Positions 20,786 through 31,154 of a DNA stretch of 64,000 nucleotides are shown piece by piece. The translations under genes and the position numbers were made by a program. The notes under the pieces were generated by a model. That model was not told where the DNA came from, ran no database searches, and was given only the letters and a program-made list of their open reading frames with translations. How positions within the stretch are numbered: position 1 is the stretch's first letter; every line of letters begins with the position of its first letter. Source of the stretch: a bacterium (GTDB lineage Bacteria > JAHJDO01); contig JAHJDO010000033.1 in NCBI GenBank assembly GCA_018812485.1, forward strand, positions 22,435 through 86,434, read 5' to 3'.

Positions 20786-23700
20786 TTATAGGTTTATCTC
20801 TACAATGTATTTCTGATATTCGGTTTTGGGAGATAATTTCAAGATTCCATTTTCTACTGGGCATAGAAATTTCCTCGGCTCTCCCTCCTCGTTATAAGCG
20901 GTAACTTTTATTTCTCGACCGGGTTGATAGTTAGATAAAACAGCTTTAAGATTCAAGCTCAGTTCATAACATCCTCTCTGAGGACCGGGGTCAACACCAA
21001 CACAATCCCTATTTAAGACTTCAGGCACATAATCAAGCTTCATTCTCAAATCACCCACAGGTATTATCTCTATCATATTTTCATTTTTCTTAATCAATAC
21101 AGAACCTTTTATCGAACCAAGATTGGGAAATTTAATAAGATTATCTCTTGTATCAATATATATATACTCGGGCGAGTCAACATAATCTATTTTATGGCCA
21201 TCGACAAGCGCAGAATATTCTAATATTTCACCTTTTTTGCCGGCTACAAAACCTGCTTCCGGCAATGAATATTCTCTCCCAAAGAGAGTTACTTTCCACT
21301 GTTCTTTCGAGCCATAATTTATATACATCTCAAGGCCATTCTTATACCGAATATGAAGGCGACTTTCTTTATAGATGTCTTTGGCTATAGCTTCGCTGGT
21401 TGAGTAAAAATTCTTGCCGTCACTGTACTCTATACTCTCTACCTGATCTGCAATGTAATATTTCTGCAACTGCTGAAACATGCAATAATATTTTATTCTG
21501 GCGGAAAATTCCCATGGAGTTGCAAGCAAGGGAATCATTCCTTGATGGCCATATGCTATCGTTGCGGTAATATATTTATCAAAATATATGTCCCGGCCTT
21601 TATTATCCACAAAAATATCATCAGCTCCTTCTCCCCATCCCTTACCAAAAAAAAGCCCCGCAAAAGATGCCATGCCAATTCCAAATTGTAATGGATGAAG
21701 CTTCAAAAGGTCAAAATCAACAAGAAGCGGTTCTTCAAATGGCTTTTCAGGGAAAAATATGGTCGCAAAATCTCCGTCTGTTAAGCCGGCAAACATCCAG
21801 CGCATTCTTCCCTCACTAACTACAATACCTATGTTCTTTTTTGCTTCCAGGAAAAGCTCTCCCCATGAATTAAATATGGCTTTCATCATCGCTGCATCCG
21901 GGACTCTAGCATCGTAATCAATAAAATAACTGGGATTTATATTTGTATGAATATCAAAGTAGCAGATGCCAGTATGAAATTTTCTCCCTACAATCTTTGT
22001 GAGCTTTTTTGAAAGTAAATAATCATAAGGTGGTCTTACATTGTAATTACATTGCCAATGGTAATTTAGCTTCATAGAACCATCCTGATTACGTGCAATA
22101 ATATCTTCATTCCAATATTTACTATTTGTGCCGATCTCTGTATAACCTAAAAACATTCCGAATATATAACCAAGGCTTCGAACATATTCAGAGTATTCCG
22201 ACATTCTTTTATCACCATAATCTGGTCTTACAGTATCACAAAAAAATCCACACCTATTAGGAATTTCTTCGAAGCTCATCCATTGTTCACCATGATGCCA
22301 TGTCATTATATGGTCTAAACCGTACTTCTTTAAAGTCCCCCAGTATCCCGGTCTCGATGCTCCCCCACCAGTCCAGTTACACACATATTTACTGGCAAGT
22401 TCAAGATATGGGGAAGGGGGGTTTGGTATATTAGGCAATACCTCTTGAAAATCAGGAGACACCGTAATAAACAAACGTTCAGCCAGATTATTATAACTAC
22501 CATCGGTTTTTCTTTGATAACGCGTCCCTCCACTATAAATCGCTTCGTTATCTGAAATTAACTTGCTATCTCCATATAAAACAGAGCAATTTGAATTGTA
22601 CCAATCGATTAAAGAAAGCACAAATAGTCCATCACCATAGACAACATGTGGGCCAGCAGCATACCTGCAATCCTGGCCGCTAATACCTAAATAGGGGACC
22701 TTTATTAACCTTAGATTATTTAGTCCTTTGACACGACCGACTTTAAACTCAATAGCTTTCCCGGAATCAGACTTAACATCTGCTATGAGTGATTTTCCTT
22801 TTATTTGCAAGGATAATGTATGTTGAATAACCTCATCTCCTATTTTCCACGCCCATTTGGTATACAATATTTCATTATCTAAAATTTGAGAAATTAATCT
22901 TGCTTTTATTTCCTCATTACCAGGGGCAATATCAGCGAACTGCTTTCCTATTACTATGCCACCTTCTAAGTTAGTATTAAAAGGTTTCTTATCTTTCCAT
23001 GATACTTGAATATCTGACAAGGTCCCGTCTTTAGGAGCATATAGATATACCAGCCTGCCGTCATCACCCTCATAAATAAATTTATAGACTAGTTCTTCCT
23101 GCTCTACCTTATTTATATACCTTTTTGCGCAACCGGGTAAAATAGTATCCTCAGTCGTCGGGAATTTTCCACTCTTAACCAATTTGGGAATATCTAGTTT
23201 AGATTTTTCTTTATAAAATGACAATGAATCCAGATAGACTGTTTTTTTTAATGAACCTTTCTGCTGAGATTCCCCTCCTGTTCTTACAATAATACTAGTC
23301 AATTTTGCAGGGAAATCAATCTCCCCATTTTTATCTCCATCCCAGCTTTTAAATGTTTTGCCGCCTCCTTCTCCTCTCCATCTATGAGGCAAATACATTT
23401 TATGATATAAACGCCAATTTTCTCCAATTAAAGGGCTCATAATTACGTTATGAAATTCATTCCCTGCATCCTGCACAATTATTTCGATTTCCCCTTCCTT
23501 TCCATAATTTTTAGACAATTTCGAATAAACCCAAATTTCAACTGAATCAAAGCTATCCTGAATAGGTATAGGATGAGGAGGCAACAACTCAACATAACCA
23601 CAATACTTCTCAAAAGTAATCTTACAAACAGAATTATCCCATATTCTTACCTCCCGAGAACGCCCAGCTCCTGCCTTTGCTCCATTATGGCAGAGGATCT

Positions 23701-24601
23701 TCCAACCTTCAAGATCTTCAAAATCCACAAGCTCTTTGTGCGAAGATACGTTTCTGCCTGCGGTAATAATATCATAAGGCCTCTCTCCTACATCCTCAGA
23801 CTTACTTATTTTATTTTCAACAAAATCATTTTTATTTTTATTATTCGATCTTACCAATAGCGGACTAAAACTCCGAGCTTTTTTCGATATCATTACTTCA
23901 TCAATAATACCATCAAACATTTGCATGCCTTTATATAATGACCCTATGTATAAATCCTGATCTGTTTCTTGTAATGTACGTATCTGGGCTAGTTGTCTTA
24001 CGACTTCACCATTTTTATAAAGAGTGATATTTGTCCCATCAACCGTAGCCGCTACATGGGCCCATTCTCCAGCATTAATTATCGGCTTACCTATTGTGTG
24101 CTTACCTATTGAAAACACTTCCTGACTCTTACCCTCTTTGCCAAACATATAAAAGTCAAGTTTTCCATCCCAAATAGAAAGGCTATAATTAACTGTCTTT
24201 ACCATGCAACTTCCATGATTTAATATATAATGACGGCCAGAGACATCATTTGGTTTTATCCAGGCTTCAACTGTCAGTTCTCCTGTGAGATCTAATGCAT
24301 CATGATCATTTACCTTTATATATCCCTTACTATCTGGTTTAAACTCAATTGCTTTTCCAAACTTACCTTCTATCCATACGGGTTTTGGATTACCTTCCCA
24401 ATGTCCATTTAGATTATTTGTTCCCGAATCTAGAATCTTGCTACCATTTCCCTCATCAAAGTGCCATAGAGCTACAGTATCCTTATCTGCTTTTGGAGCC
24501 TCTAATAATGGCATATCCTGAGCAAACACTAGATTAATATTAAAAACTACTGTTAAAACAATAATGCCAATCCCTCTAAAAACTACATTCCTTTTCTTCA
24601 T
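20786..24601 (-). CDS. Large secreted protein (1271 aa) with an N-terminal signal peptide and a LamG / concanavalin-A-like domain; remaining ~1000 aa unassigned (candidate novel carbohydrate-active enzyme)
   Basis: ATG at 24601 with a perfect RBS GGAAGGAGAGATT (the track start 24616 is an in-frame TTG). Signal peptide MKKRNVVFRGIGIIVLTVVFNINLVFAQD. LamG-like block LWHFDEGNGSKILDSGTNNLNGHWEG...GELTVEAWIKPND...EWAHVAATVDGTNITLYKNGEVV. No other motif recognised. Confidence 0.7.
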   Translation of the reverse strand: MKKRNVVFRGIGIIVLTVVFNINLVFAQDMPLLEAPKADKDTVALWHFDEGNGSKILDSGTNNLNGHWEGNPKPVWIEGKFGKAIEFKPDSKGYIKVNDHDALDLTGELTVEAWIKPNDVSGRHYILNHGSCMVKTVNYSLSIWDGKLDFYMFGKEGKSQEVFSIGKHTIGKPIINAGEWAHVAATVDGTNITLYKNGEVVRQLAQIRTLQETDQDLYIGSLYKGMQMFDGIIDEVMISKKARSFSPLLVRSNNKNKNDFVENKISKSEDVGERPYDIITAGRNVSSHKELVDFEDLEGWKILCHNGAKAGAGRSREVRIWDNSVCKITFEKYCGYVELLPPHPIPIQDSFDSVEIWVYSKLSKNYGKEGEIEIIVQDAGNEFHNVIMSPLIGENWRLYHKMYLPHRWRGEGGGKTFKSWDGDKNGEIDFPAKLTSIIVRTGGESQQKGSLKKTVYLDSLSFYKEKSKLDIPKLVKSGKFPTTEDTILPGCAKRYINKVEQEELVYKFIYEGDDGRLVYLYAPKDGTLSDIQVSWKDKKPFNTNLEGGIVIGKQFADIAPGNEEIKARLISQILDNEILYTKWAWKIGDEVIQHTLSLQIKGKSLIADVKSDSGKAIEFKVGRVKGLNNLRLIKVPYLGISGQDCRYAAGPHVVYGDGLFVLSLIDWYNSNCSVLYGDSKLISDNEAIYSGGTRYQRKTDGSYNNLAERLFITVSPDFQEVLPNIPNPPSPYLELASKYVCNWTGGGASRPGYWGTLKKYGLDHIMTWHHGEQWMSFEEIPNRCGFFCDTVRPDYGDKRMSEYSEYVRSLGYIFGMFLGYTEIGTNSKYWNEDIIARNQDGSMKLNYHWQCNYNVRPPYDYLLSKKLTKIVGRKFHTGICYFDIHTNINPSYFIDYDARVPDAAMMKAIFNSWGELFLEAKKNIGIVVSEGRMRWMFAGLTDGDFATIFFPEKPFEEPLLVDFDLLKLHPLQFGIGMASFAGLFFGKGWGEGADDIFVDNKGRDIYFDKYITATIAYGHQGMIPLLATPWEFSARIKYYCMFQQLQKYYIADQVESIEYSDGKNFYSTSEAIAKDIYKESRLHIRYKNGLEMYINYGSKEQWKVTLFGREYSLPEAGFVAGKKGEILEYSALVDGHKIDYVDSPEYIYIDTRDNLIKFPNLGSIKGSVLIKKNENMIEIIPVGDLRMKLDYVPEVLNRDCVGVDPGPQRGCYELSLNLKAVLSNYQPGREIKVTAYNEEGEPRKFLCPVENGILKLSPKTEYQKYIVEINL

Positions 24602-24634
24602 AATCTCTCCTTCCAAATTTTTCCATATTTCAAT

Positions 24635-25489
24635 TTATAACCATTTCTCCCGCACTATGACTGATGCCTGTAAAAATTCTTTAATATCAGCGTATTTTTC
24701 TACTGATACCTCTAACATAAAAACCCCATCATATCCTATATCCTGTAATGTTTTTATCACCTCCTCCCAGTTAATATTTCCCTCTCCAGGCATTAAATGA
24801 GAATCTTTTTGACCATCATTGTCGTGTACATGTAAAGCAAATACTCTGTCATTGCAAGAGTTCATTATTTCTTTTGTATATCCACACATATTTGTATGCC
24901 CGATATCTACGAGTACACCGAAACAGTCAGAGTCAAATGTATCTAATAACTCACGGATTTCTTCTATAGTATCTCCCAGATATGTTCTGTTTTCAGTACG
25001 TGGAGGCATTGTCTCAATAGCAACTTTAATATCTTTTGCCTCGCAGTACGTTATAATAGTTTCCAGACTCTTTTTGCAGTTCTCAAACCGTCTATCTCTG
25101 TTTTCTGCGATAGGAAAGGGAGTAGATAGATGAAAGGTAAGCATTGGCCTATCAAAATCCAAAAAAATGTCAACCCAGCTTTTTAAATGATTAATGGCAT
25201 CCTTTCTTTGCACATTATCTATAGATGAAATATCTATTTTGTTTTCATATCCTGTCGCATGTATATGTGTTATTTTTACACCATGCTCTTTTAGTCTTGT
25301 TTTTAAACTAGTCATGTATCCATTATCTGTGTAGTAGCAATGTGGCAGCACCCTTTTTCCTATCTCTATATTTTTTATCCCATATTTAGCGACTAGTGGA
25401 ATGCTATCTAGAAGGTCATTGTTCCACCACCATGCAGAGACACCAAATTTAAATATTTCTTTATCCATATTAGAACTTTTTAGTTTCAA
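24635..25489 (-). CDS. Sugar phosphate isomerase/epimerase (xylose-isomerase-like TIM barrel)
   Basis: 284 aa; ...FGVLVDIGHTNMCGY...VFALHVHDNDGQKDSHLMPGEGNINWEEVIKTLQDIGYDGVFMLEV, typical of the AP-endonuclease-2 / xylose-isomerase-like fold. Confidence 0.75.
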   Translation of the reverse strand: MKLKSSNMDKEIFKFGVSAWWWNNDLLDSIPLVAKYGIKNIEIGKRVLPHCYYTDNGYMTSLKTRLKEHGVKITHIHATGYENKIDISSIDNVQRKDAINHLKSWVDIFLDFDRPMLTFHLSTPFPIAENRDRRFENCKKSLETIITYCEAKDIKVAIETMPPRTENRTYLGDTIEEIRELLDTFDSDCFGVLVDIGHTNMCGYTKEIMNSCNDRVFALHVHDNDGQKDSHLMPGEGNINWEEVIKTLQDIGYDGVFMLEVSVEKYADIKEFLQASVIVREKWL

Positions 25490-25491
25490 AG

Positions 25492-26826
25492 TTACACTAG
25501 TGCTTTATCTTTCATAAGGTTATCCCGGAGTAAGTTAACATCAAGTTTTAAAGGTATTAGGTGGTTTTTTATACATAGACTAGCTGCTGTACCTGCTGCC
25601 TGCCCCATTGCCATACATACTGGCATAACTCTATATGAACCCATAGCTTCATATGTGCCTGAAATACATCTACCAGCTACAATGAGATTTTCTACTTTTT
25701 GAGGTATAAGAGAACGATAAGGTATTGTATAATAGGTGCCCTTTTTCAAAAAATGGTATTCAATCCCTTGCCCTTGAGGATTATGAATGTCTATGGGATA
25801 TGCACATCTAGCTATAGCATCCTTGAAATGTCTAGCTTTCAAAAAATCATCCTTAGTTAACGTGTACTCTCCTCTGATTCTGCGTGTCTCTCTTATCCCC
25901 AGATTTACAGCCATATCTATAATATAGCTATTCCTAAAACCAGGTACATATTTGCGATAAAAATTGGCTATAAATAGGTTTTGATTTCTGGCCAACAAAT
26001 AGGATTGAGTTAAAGAATCGTTATCTATACCATCCACACGGACTCTTGAAATATTTATAAATACTTGTCCTTTAATAGGAAGTTTGGAGACACCAGATTG
26101 AAATCTTAAGTTTTCAGCATTTTGAACAGGAAATTCTCCTCTTGCCAGAGCTTCTTTATATAACTGTTGAAATTTTTCCCATGAGACAGCTTTGTATTCA
26201 TCAAAGTTTACATTGCCCATCCTAAAACAAAGCGTTCCCGCCTGTAACAATTTTCTATTTTGGGACCAACCCTTTCGGCATGGAACACCACTTAAAAAAG
26301 CAACATCTGCATCACCTGTAGCATCTATGAATATTTTTCCCTTAATAGCCTGAAAGCCTGATTTGTTCCAAACTATTATAGTGTCTATAGTTGATTCTTT
26401 TACTATTGCCTTACAAAAGACCGATTGGAACTTTTTGATAACTTCTGTTTCATTCAGTAATTTAAGAAGAACAGTTTGTAACATTTCTTTGTCAAAGGAA
26501 AGACCTACATCCTTTCTAAAATCACCCAACAAACCTCCAACTTGTCTCATGCGATTAACAATTTCTAAAGGAATCCCACCTATAACAAGATTGCCTTTGT
26601 TATCGTTGTATTGAAGAAAAAGTTGAACACCACCAACTGTTGCCATTCCACCAACAATTGCATATCGTTCAACCAAAACTACTTTAATCCCATTCCTGGC
26701 AGCAGCTATAGCTGCTGCGCACCCGGCTGGGCCACCACCTATTACCACGACGTCTGTGTTTAACACCACGGGAACTCTAGTATTCAAAGACACCAATTTA
26801 TGACCTTTTTTTATGGAATAACCCAC
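25492..26826 (-). CDS. FAD-dependent oxidoreductase (glycan-locus-associated FAD_oxidored type)
   Basis: 444 aa; dinucleotide-binding N-terminus [43 protein letters not shown]. Confidence 0.75.
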   Translation of the reverse strand: MGYSIKKGHKLVSLNTRVPVVLNTDVVVIGGGPAGCAAAIAAARNGIKVVLVERYAIVGGMATVGGVQLFLQYNDNKGNLVIGGIPLEIVNRMRQVGGLLGDFRKDVGLSFDKEMLQTVLLKLLNETEVIKKFQSVFCKAIVKESTIDTIIVWNKSGFQAIKGKIFIDATGDADVAFLSGVPCRKGWSQNRKLLQAGTLCFRMGNVNFDEYKAVSWEKFQQLYKEALARGEFPVQNAENLRFQSGVSKLPIKGQVFINISRVRVDGIDNDSLTQSYLLARNQNLFIANFYRKYVPGFRNSYIIDMAVNLGIRETRRIRGEYTLTKDDFLKARHFKDAIARCAYPIDIHNPQGQGIEYHFLKKGTYYTIPYRSLIPQKVENLIVAGRCISGTYEAMGSYRVMPVCMAMGQAAGTAASLCIKNHLIPLKLDVNLLRDNLMKDKALV

Positions 26827-27428
26827 CAGCTACTCTCCGTATCTTCCTGAGTGTACCAATCAACGTGACCGTCGAAGAAAAGGAAATTTGCTCCATTGTT
26901 ATGAACATAACTAACCTGACTACTATTGGCCATTCGATAGCGTGCAGCTCCTGCAGCCTCAAATCCTCCATCACTCACTGCAACTTTATCGCTGGGAATA
27001 CTAATCCGGCCTAACCTAAACTGCTGATTTTGATTGGGCGAACAATCTGCATTACCGAGATAGGCATTGTAGGCATAATTGACATTGTATGTTCCGAAAG
27101 CTCCAAGGTCCTTATTGCTTTGACAAAATAACAATGATGGTACATTCTTTAGGTCTACCTTCACTCCGTACGGCTCTAAGCATCTATACCAGGTTGCACC
27201 AGACCAAGCCATTGGTACATAGTCATCCCAGTCTGATGCGTACATTATGAGCATCTGATGAACTTGTCTTAGATTACTGATGCATTTTGCACGTCTTGCC
27301 ATCTCTCTTGCCTTGCTAAGTGCCGGGAGCAGCATACTGGCAAGCAAGCCGATAACTGCAATCACGACCAGGAGTTCTAAAAGCGTAAATCCGACACATC
27401 CAAACTTATCCCTCACCCATTTCATCAT
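26811..27428 (-). CDS. Prepilin-type N-terminal cleavage/methylation protein with C-terminal H-X9-DG motif (DUF1559 family)
   Basis: Prepilin leader and hydrophobic helix [36 protein letters not shown]-terminal [16 protein letters not shown] (H-X9-DG). RBS GAGGAGGG. Confidence 0.8.
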   Translation of the reverse strand: MMKWVRDKFGCVGFTLLELLVVIAVIGLLASMLLPALSKAREMARRAKCISNLRQVHQMLIMYASDWDDYVPMAWSGATWYRCLEPYGVKVDLKNVPSLLFCQSNKDLGAFGTYNVNYAYNAYLGNADCSPNQNQQFRLGRISIPSDKVAVSDGGFEAAGAARYRMANSSQVSYVHNNGANFLFFDGHVDWYTQEDTESSWWVIP

Positions 27429-27482
27429 AATTTGTTCCCTCCTCTTTCTTTCGGAGACAATTATAGCATATAACGGACAACC

Positions 27483-28532
27483 TTAGTACAAAAGTGGTTT
27501 GTAATTTCTTGCATATTTTTTTATTAAAGTAGACTCTCGAACTACTAACTTAGTGTCAAGGGTAATATTTTCTGGCAGACTATCTTTATCTCCTCCCATA
27601 CGCTTTAATAATAACTCGGCAGCAAGTCGACCTTGCTCATACTTGGGCTGATTTACTGTGGTAAGAGGAGGATTCAAAAGAGCCGCCACGTATATGTCGT
27701 CAAATCCAACCAGAGCTATATCCTTAGGTATTTCTTTCCCTCTCTCTTTTATAGCTATCATCGCACCTATAGCTATTACATCATTAGCAGTAAAAATAGC
27801 TGTTGGTGGTGCCTTCATTCTTAAAAATTTTTCTATTCCTCTATAACCACTCTCTTGAGTAAACCCATTCTCTAAAATAAGTTTTCTGTCTACTAATAAA
27901 TTATGTTCAATTAAGGCTTTTCTATACCCTTCTTCTCGCTTTCTGCCAGTTATTATCTCAGACGTACCATTAATAAATCCTATCCGATTATGACCTAGTT
28001 CAATAAGATGAGAAGTAGCTACATAAGCACCTTCTAAGTCGTTAACAAAAATACGGTCTAATAGCAATCCATTTTCCTCTCGTTGGACTAAGACAATAGG
28101 GATATTTTCTTTCATAATTTCGTTAAGAACTTGAGTGGTTTTTTCATCCTCTTTCATCTCTGCACATATAAATATTATTCCATCTAATCGTCTTGACAAG
28201 AAAGTCCTTAGTATACTTTTCTCTTCTTCTGGATCATTGTAGCTATTACCTAAAATAATGTGATAAGCACTTTCTTTTACTCTGTCATAAACACCCTTAA
28301 TAACAGGCGGATAGAAAAAATTAGAAATGTCAGAAATTAAAACTCCTATAATATGAGTCTTCTTTGTTATCAAAACTTGAGCAGTATAATCAGGAATATA
28401 ATTTAGTTTCTTAGCTGCCCTTTCTATGCGACAGCGCGTATCTTTCTTTATATATCCTTTATTATTAAGACAGCGAGAAACTGTGCCACGAGAAACTTTT
28501 GCTTCTTTTGCTACATCGTAAATAGTTATCAT
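27483..28532 (-). CDS. LacI-family transcriptional regulator
   Basis: 349 aa; HTH MITIYDVAKEAKVSRGTVSRCLNNKGYIKKDTRCRIERAAKKLNYIPD plus a periplasmic-binding-fold sugar-sensor domain. Confidence 0.9.
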   Translation of the reverse strand: MITIYDVAKEAKVSRGTVSRCLNNKGYIKKDTRCRIERAAKKLNYIPDYTAQVLITKKTHIIGVLISDISNFFYPPVIKGVYDRVKESAYHIILGNSYNDPEEEKSILRTFLSRRLDGIIFICAEMKEDEKTTQVLNEIMKENIPIVLVQREENGLLLDRIFVNDLEGAYVATSHLIELGHNRIGFINGTSEIITGRKREEGYRKALIEHNLLVDRKLILENGFTQESGYRGIEKFLRMKAPPTAIFTANDVIAIGAMIAIKERGKEIPKDIALVGFDDIYVAALLNPPLTTVNQPKYEQGRLAAELLLKRMGGDKDSLPENITLDTKLVVRESTLIKKYARNYKPLLY

Positions 28533-28636
28533 ATTCTATGAAATCGATTTTCTTATTTAGGGCTATTACACTGCATTTAATAAAAAAATAGCATATCTCT
28601 GAGATATTGTCAAGTATAAAATCGTTTTCATAAATA

Positions 28637-29713
28637 TTAATACCAGCCATAATGCGAAAGTACTTCTTCAGCTTCTTTTTGAGATGAACAACGGGTGGAA
28701 ATTAATAGGCCTTCTGGAGAAAGATTCTCCAGAACAAAATCAATTTCATGTGGTTCACATAAAACCATAATTGCCTTCTTTTTAGCCTGCATTTTCTTAT
28801 AAATTGGTATCCACTTAACAATACCCTCTTTTCTAAATCCAGCTCCAGGAACCCACTCAATTGCATTAAGCCTTGTAATTTCAAGAAGCATATCCAGATG
28901 TTTCAAAGCATCTGGTCCATCAAGATGATAGACCGAATAATCCAGATAATTGATTTCGTTTAGTATTTCTTCTAAGAAAAACTCTTCATACATCTTGGTA
29001 GAAATAAGACATGTAAAATCGTTTTGAACAGGATACATCTTTCCTGGGGCCCAAATATCTATCCAAGAACATATTCCCTTTTGTTTCTCTCTTATAATCT
29101 GATAGCTTTCCTCATAAACTTTATGCCATGAGTTCCATAAAAGTTTCATAGCCTTTTTGACTCCATCAGGATTATCAATTAAATCTATACATAATTTCTC
29201 GGGGCCTCCCCTTAAAACTGCTAATGAATCCATACCAGCATGAAGGTCCGTTATGCCAACAAGGTAATTCCCATGGGAGCGTTCCAGAGCATAGGATGTA
29301 AACTCTTTTGTTTTCTGCCAATAGAAATTATCTTCTTTAATCTCAAGACCAGACAAATCAGAATAATCCTTTAGAACTGGCCTGTTCCAGTTTATCCAAG
29401 AAACAGGTTGATTAGAACCAAGTGGAGAAAATTCCAGGGTTGCACCCATATAAGCAGAGAAAACATCAGGACCAAAGTTTGTCCAATATTGGGGAAAAGC
29501 CAACCCGCCATAAAAGGTGTTTTGAATTTTTCGCTCTGCAAGTTTAATAACCTTCTCTTTATTAAGTCTATCTTTTGGACTTCCAATATACGTTTCATCT
29601 TGTTGATGCTTCTCGCGTGGAGCTTTTACCTCAAGAGCTGCTTTATCCAGAACCTCACAGTTCCACCACGCTATGTAATATTTTTTTATCTTTTCAAAAT
29701 CTTTATTTATCAT
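28637..29713 (-). CDS. Hypothetical protein, 358 aa; weak resemblance to URO-D/MtaA-like TIM-barrel proteins (unverified)
   Basis: Long ORF abutting the GH4 gene stop. A loose URO-D-like pattern (...YHLDGPDALKHLDMLLEITRLNAIEWVPGAG...) but no firm motif. Confidence 0.3.
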   Translation of the reverse strand: MINKDFEKIKKYYIAWWNCEVLDKAALEVKAPREKHQQDETYIGSPKDRLNKEKVIKLAERKIQNTFYGGLAFPQYWTNFGPDVFSAYMGATLEFSPLGSNQPVSWINWNRPVLKDYSDLSGLEIKEDNFYWQKTKEFTSYALERSHGNYLVGITDLHAGMDSLAVLRGGPEKLCIDLIDNPDGVKKAMKLLWNSWHKVYEESYQIIREKQKGICSWIDIWAPGKMYPVQNDFTCLISTKMYEEFFLEEILNEINYLDYSVYHLDGPDALKHLDMLLEITRLNAIEWVPGAGFRKEGIVKWIPIYKKMQAKKKAIMVLCEPHEIDFVLENLSPEGLLISTRCSSQKEAEEVLSHYGWY

Positions 29714-31036
29714 TTAAATCCCAATATTCTTAAACTGAGTCAAATATTTTTTGTTCTTACGAAGCATCTCGCTTACCATTTTTTTAATTTCTGCTAATGA
29801 TAGGACAGCAGCTGTCAGCGGGTCATAGGCAATTGCCTGAAATAACAGTTTTGGGTCTCCGGTAAGTATCGCCTCAACAGCCATTTCTTCAACAGCAATA
29901 CTTATATTGTTCAGTGCAGCAAGCTGTGGAGGAAGTTTGCCGACATGTACAGGATTAAAACCCCTTCTGTCCGCAAAAACAGGTACTTCTACACATGCCT
30001 CAGGCGGCAGATTGCTGATAATCCCGCTATTCGGGACATTGCCGTTAAACTGAAACGGCTCTCCACCCATATAGGCATTGATGATAGATGCAGCGTATTC
30101 GTGCCCTCTTTCCAGCTTAGCATGTTTTTTAAACCACTTTTCAACCTCATTCTTCCAGTTTTTTTCTCTTATCAGATAATGTTTCACCAAATATGCATAT
30201 TCACCCGGATTCCAGCCTGTACCGTTAATACAATATTTCTTGATAAGATCCTGTCTTTTGCGAAACCACCAGTTATATTCGGAGTTATGTCCGCTGGATT
30301 CTGTAACGTAGTAATCGAGGTGCAGAAACATTTCATTGCGCACGATTTCTTCGTTATATATTTCCTTGTTTTTTGTTACTGCTTTGCGAATAAGAGGATA
30401 TGCGTCTTTGCCGTCTTTTTTAAATTCAAGATACCATGCCTGATGGTTTATTCCCCCACAAAGATAGGTGATTTTTTCCATAGAGGTATTTATCCACTTT
30501 GCCAGCATCAGGGCTGTTCCCTGAACGCTATGACATAATCCTGTAACCTTGATAAATGTATTGGCTTGCATGGCTCTGCATAGCATTGCCATGGGATTTG
30601 TGTAGTTAAGTAAGATTGCATCAGGACAGAGACGCTCCATATCTTTACAAATATCAAGCATAGTCGGAATTGTGCGAGCTGCTCTGAAAATGCCGGATGG
30701 ACCGCGTGTATCTCCTATGTTTATATCCACTCCATATTTCTTGGGAATCTCAATATCATGCCTCCAGATATCCACTCCGCCAGCCAAAATTGTACACAGT
30801 ACCGCATCCGCGTTCCTTAAGGCTTTTTTCCTGTCCATAGTTGCTATAAGTTTTGCTGGATATTTTCCCGCGTCTATTATGCGTTGTACAGCTTTTCTGG
30901 CAAAGTCCAGGCGTTCCTTATCAATATCCATTAAAACCAATGTGGAATCCTTAAGGATAGGGAATGTTAAAATATCTCTTACCAGACCGCGTGTAAATCC
31001 AAGACTTCCTGCCCCAATAAAAACTATTCTTGCCAT
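29714..31036 (-). CDS. GH4-family NAD+/Mn2+-dependent glycosidase (alpha-galactosidase/alpha-glucosidase type)
   Basis: 440 aa; N-terminal Rossmann segment [23 protein letters not shown]...[11 protein letters not shown], followed by ...[15 protein letters not shown] and the Cys-containing region GLCHSV, all typical of GH4. Confidence 0.8.
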   Translation of the reverse strand: MARIVFIGAGSLGFTRGLVRDILTFPILKDSTLVLMDIDKERLDFARKAVQRIIDAGKYPAKLIATMDRKKALRNADAVLCTILAGGVDIWRHDIEIPKKYGVDINIGDTRGPSGIFRAARTIPTMLDICKDMERLCPDAILLNYTNPMAMLCRAMQANTFIKVTGLCHSVQGTALMLAKWINTSMEKITYLCGGINHQAWYLEFKKDGKDAYPLIRKAVTKNKEIYNEEIVRNEMFLHLDYYVTESSGHNSEYNWWFRKRQDLIKKYCINGTGWNPGEYAYLVKHYLIREKNWKNEVEKWFKKHAKLERGHEYAASIINAYMGGEPFQFNGNVPNSGIISNLPPEACVEVPVFADRRGFNPVHVGKLPPQLAALNNISIAVEEMAVEAILTGDPKLLFQAIAYDPLTAAVLSLAEIKKMVSEMLRKNKKYLTQFKNIGI

Positions 31037-31154
31037 GCCACAACTCCTCTTTTATTATTATAGAATAATTATGATATTTCCTGTATAATAGAATATAATA
31101 AGTGGCTATGATCGTAAATAGTAAAGTTGTGATAAATAATAGCATTTTCGTGAT

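Noticed and set aside
24601-24616. ORF-track N-terminal extensions (e.g. 24616 for the giant protein, 7331 for grpE, 51826 for the CarboxypepD_reg protein, 33933 for yjbQ, 5205 for the cupin)
   Set aside because: The track takes the longest TTG/GTG/ATG-initiated frame. In each case a downstream ATG with a strong GGAGG-type RBS and a sensible N-terminus (signal peptide or family-typical start) is the better start.
29945-30538. 197-aa plus-strand ORF (also 30672..31088)
   Set aside because: Antisense inside the GH4 gene. Hydrophobic, low-complexity translation; no RBS.
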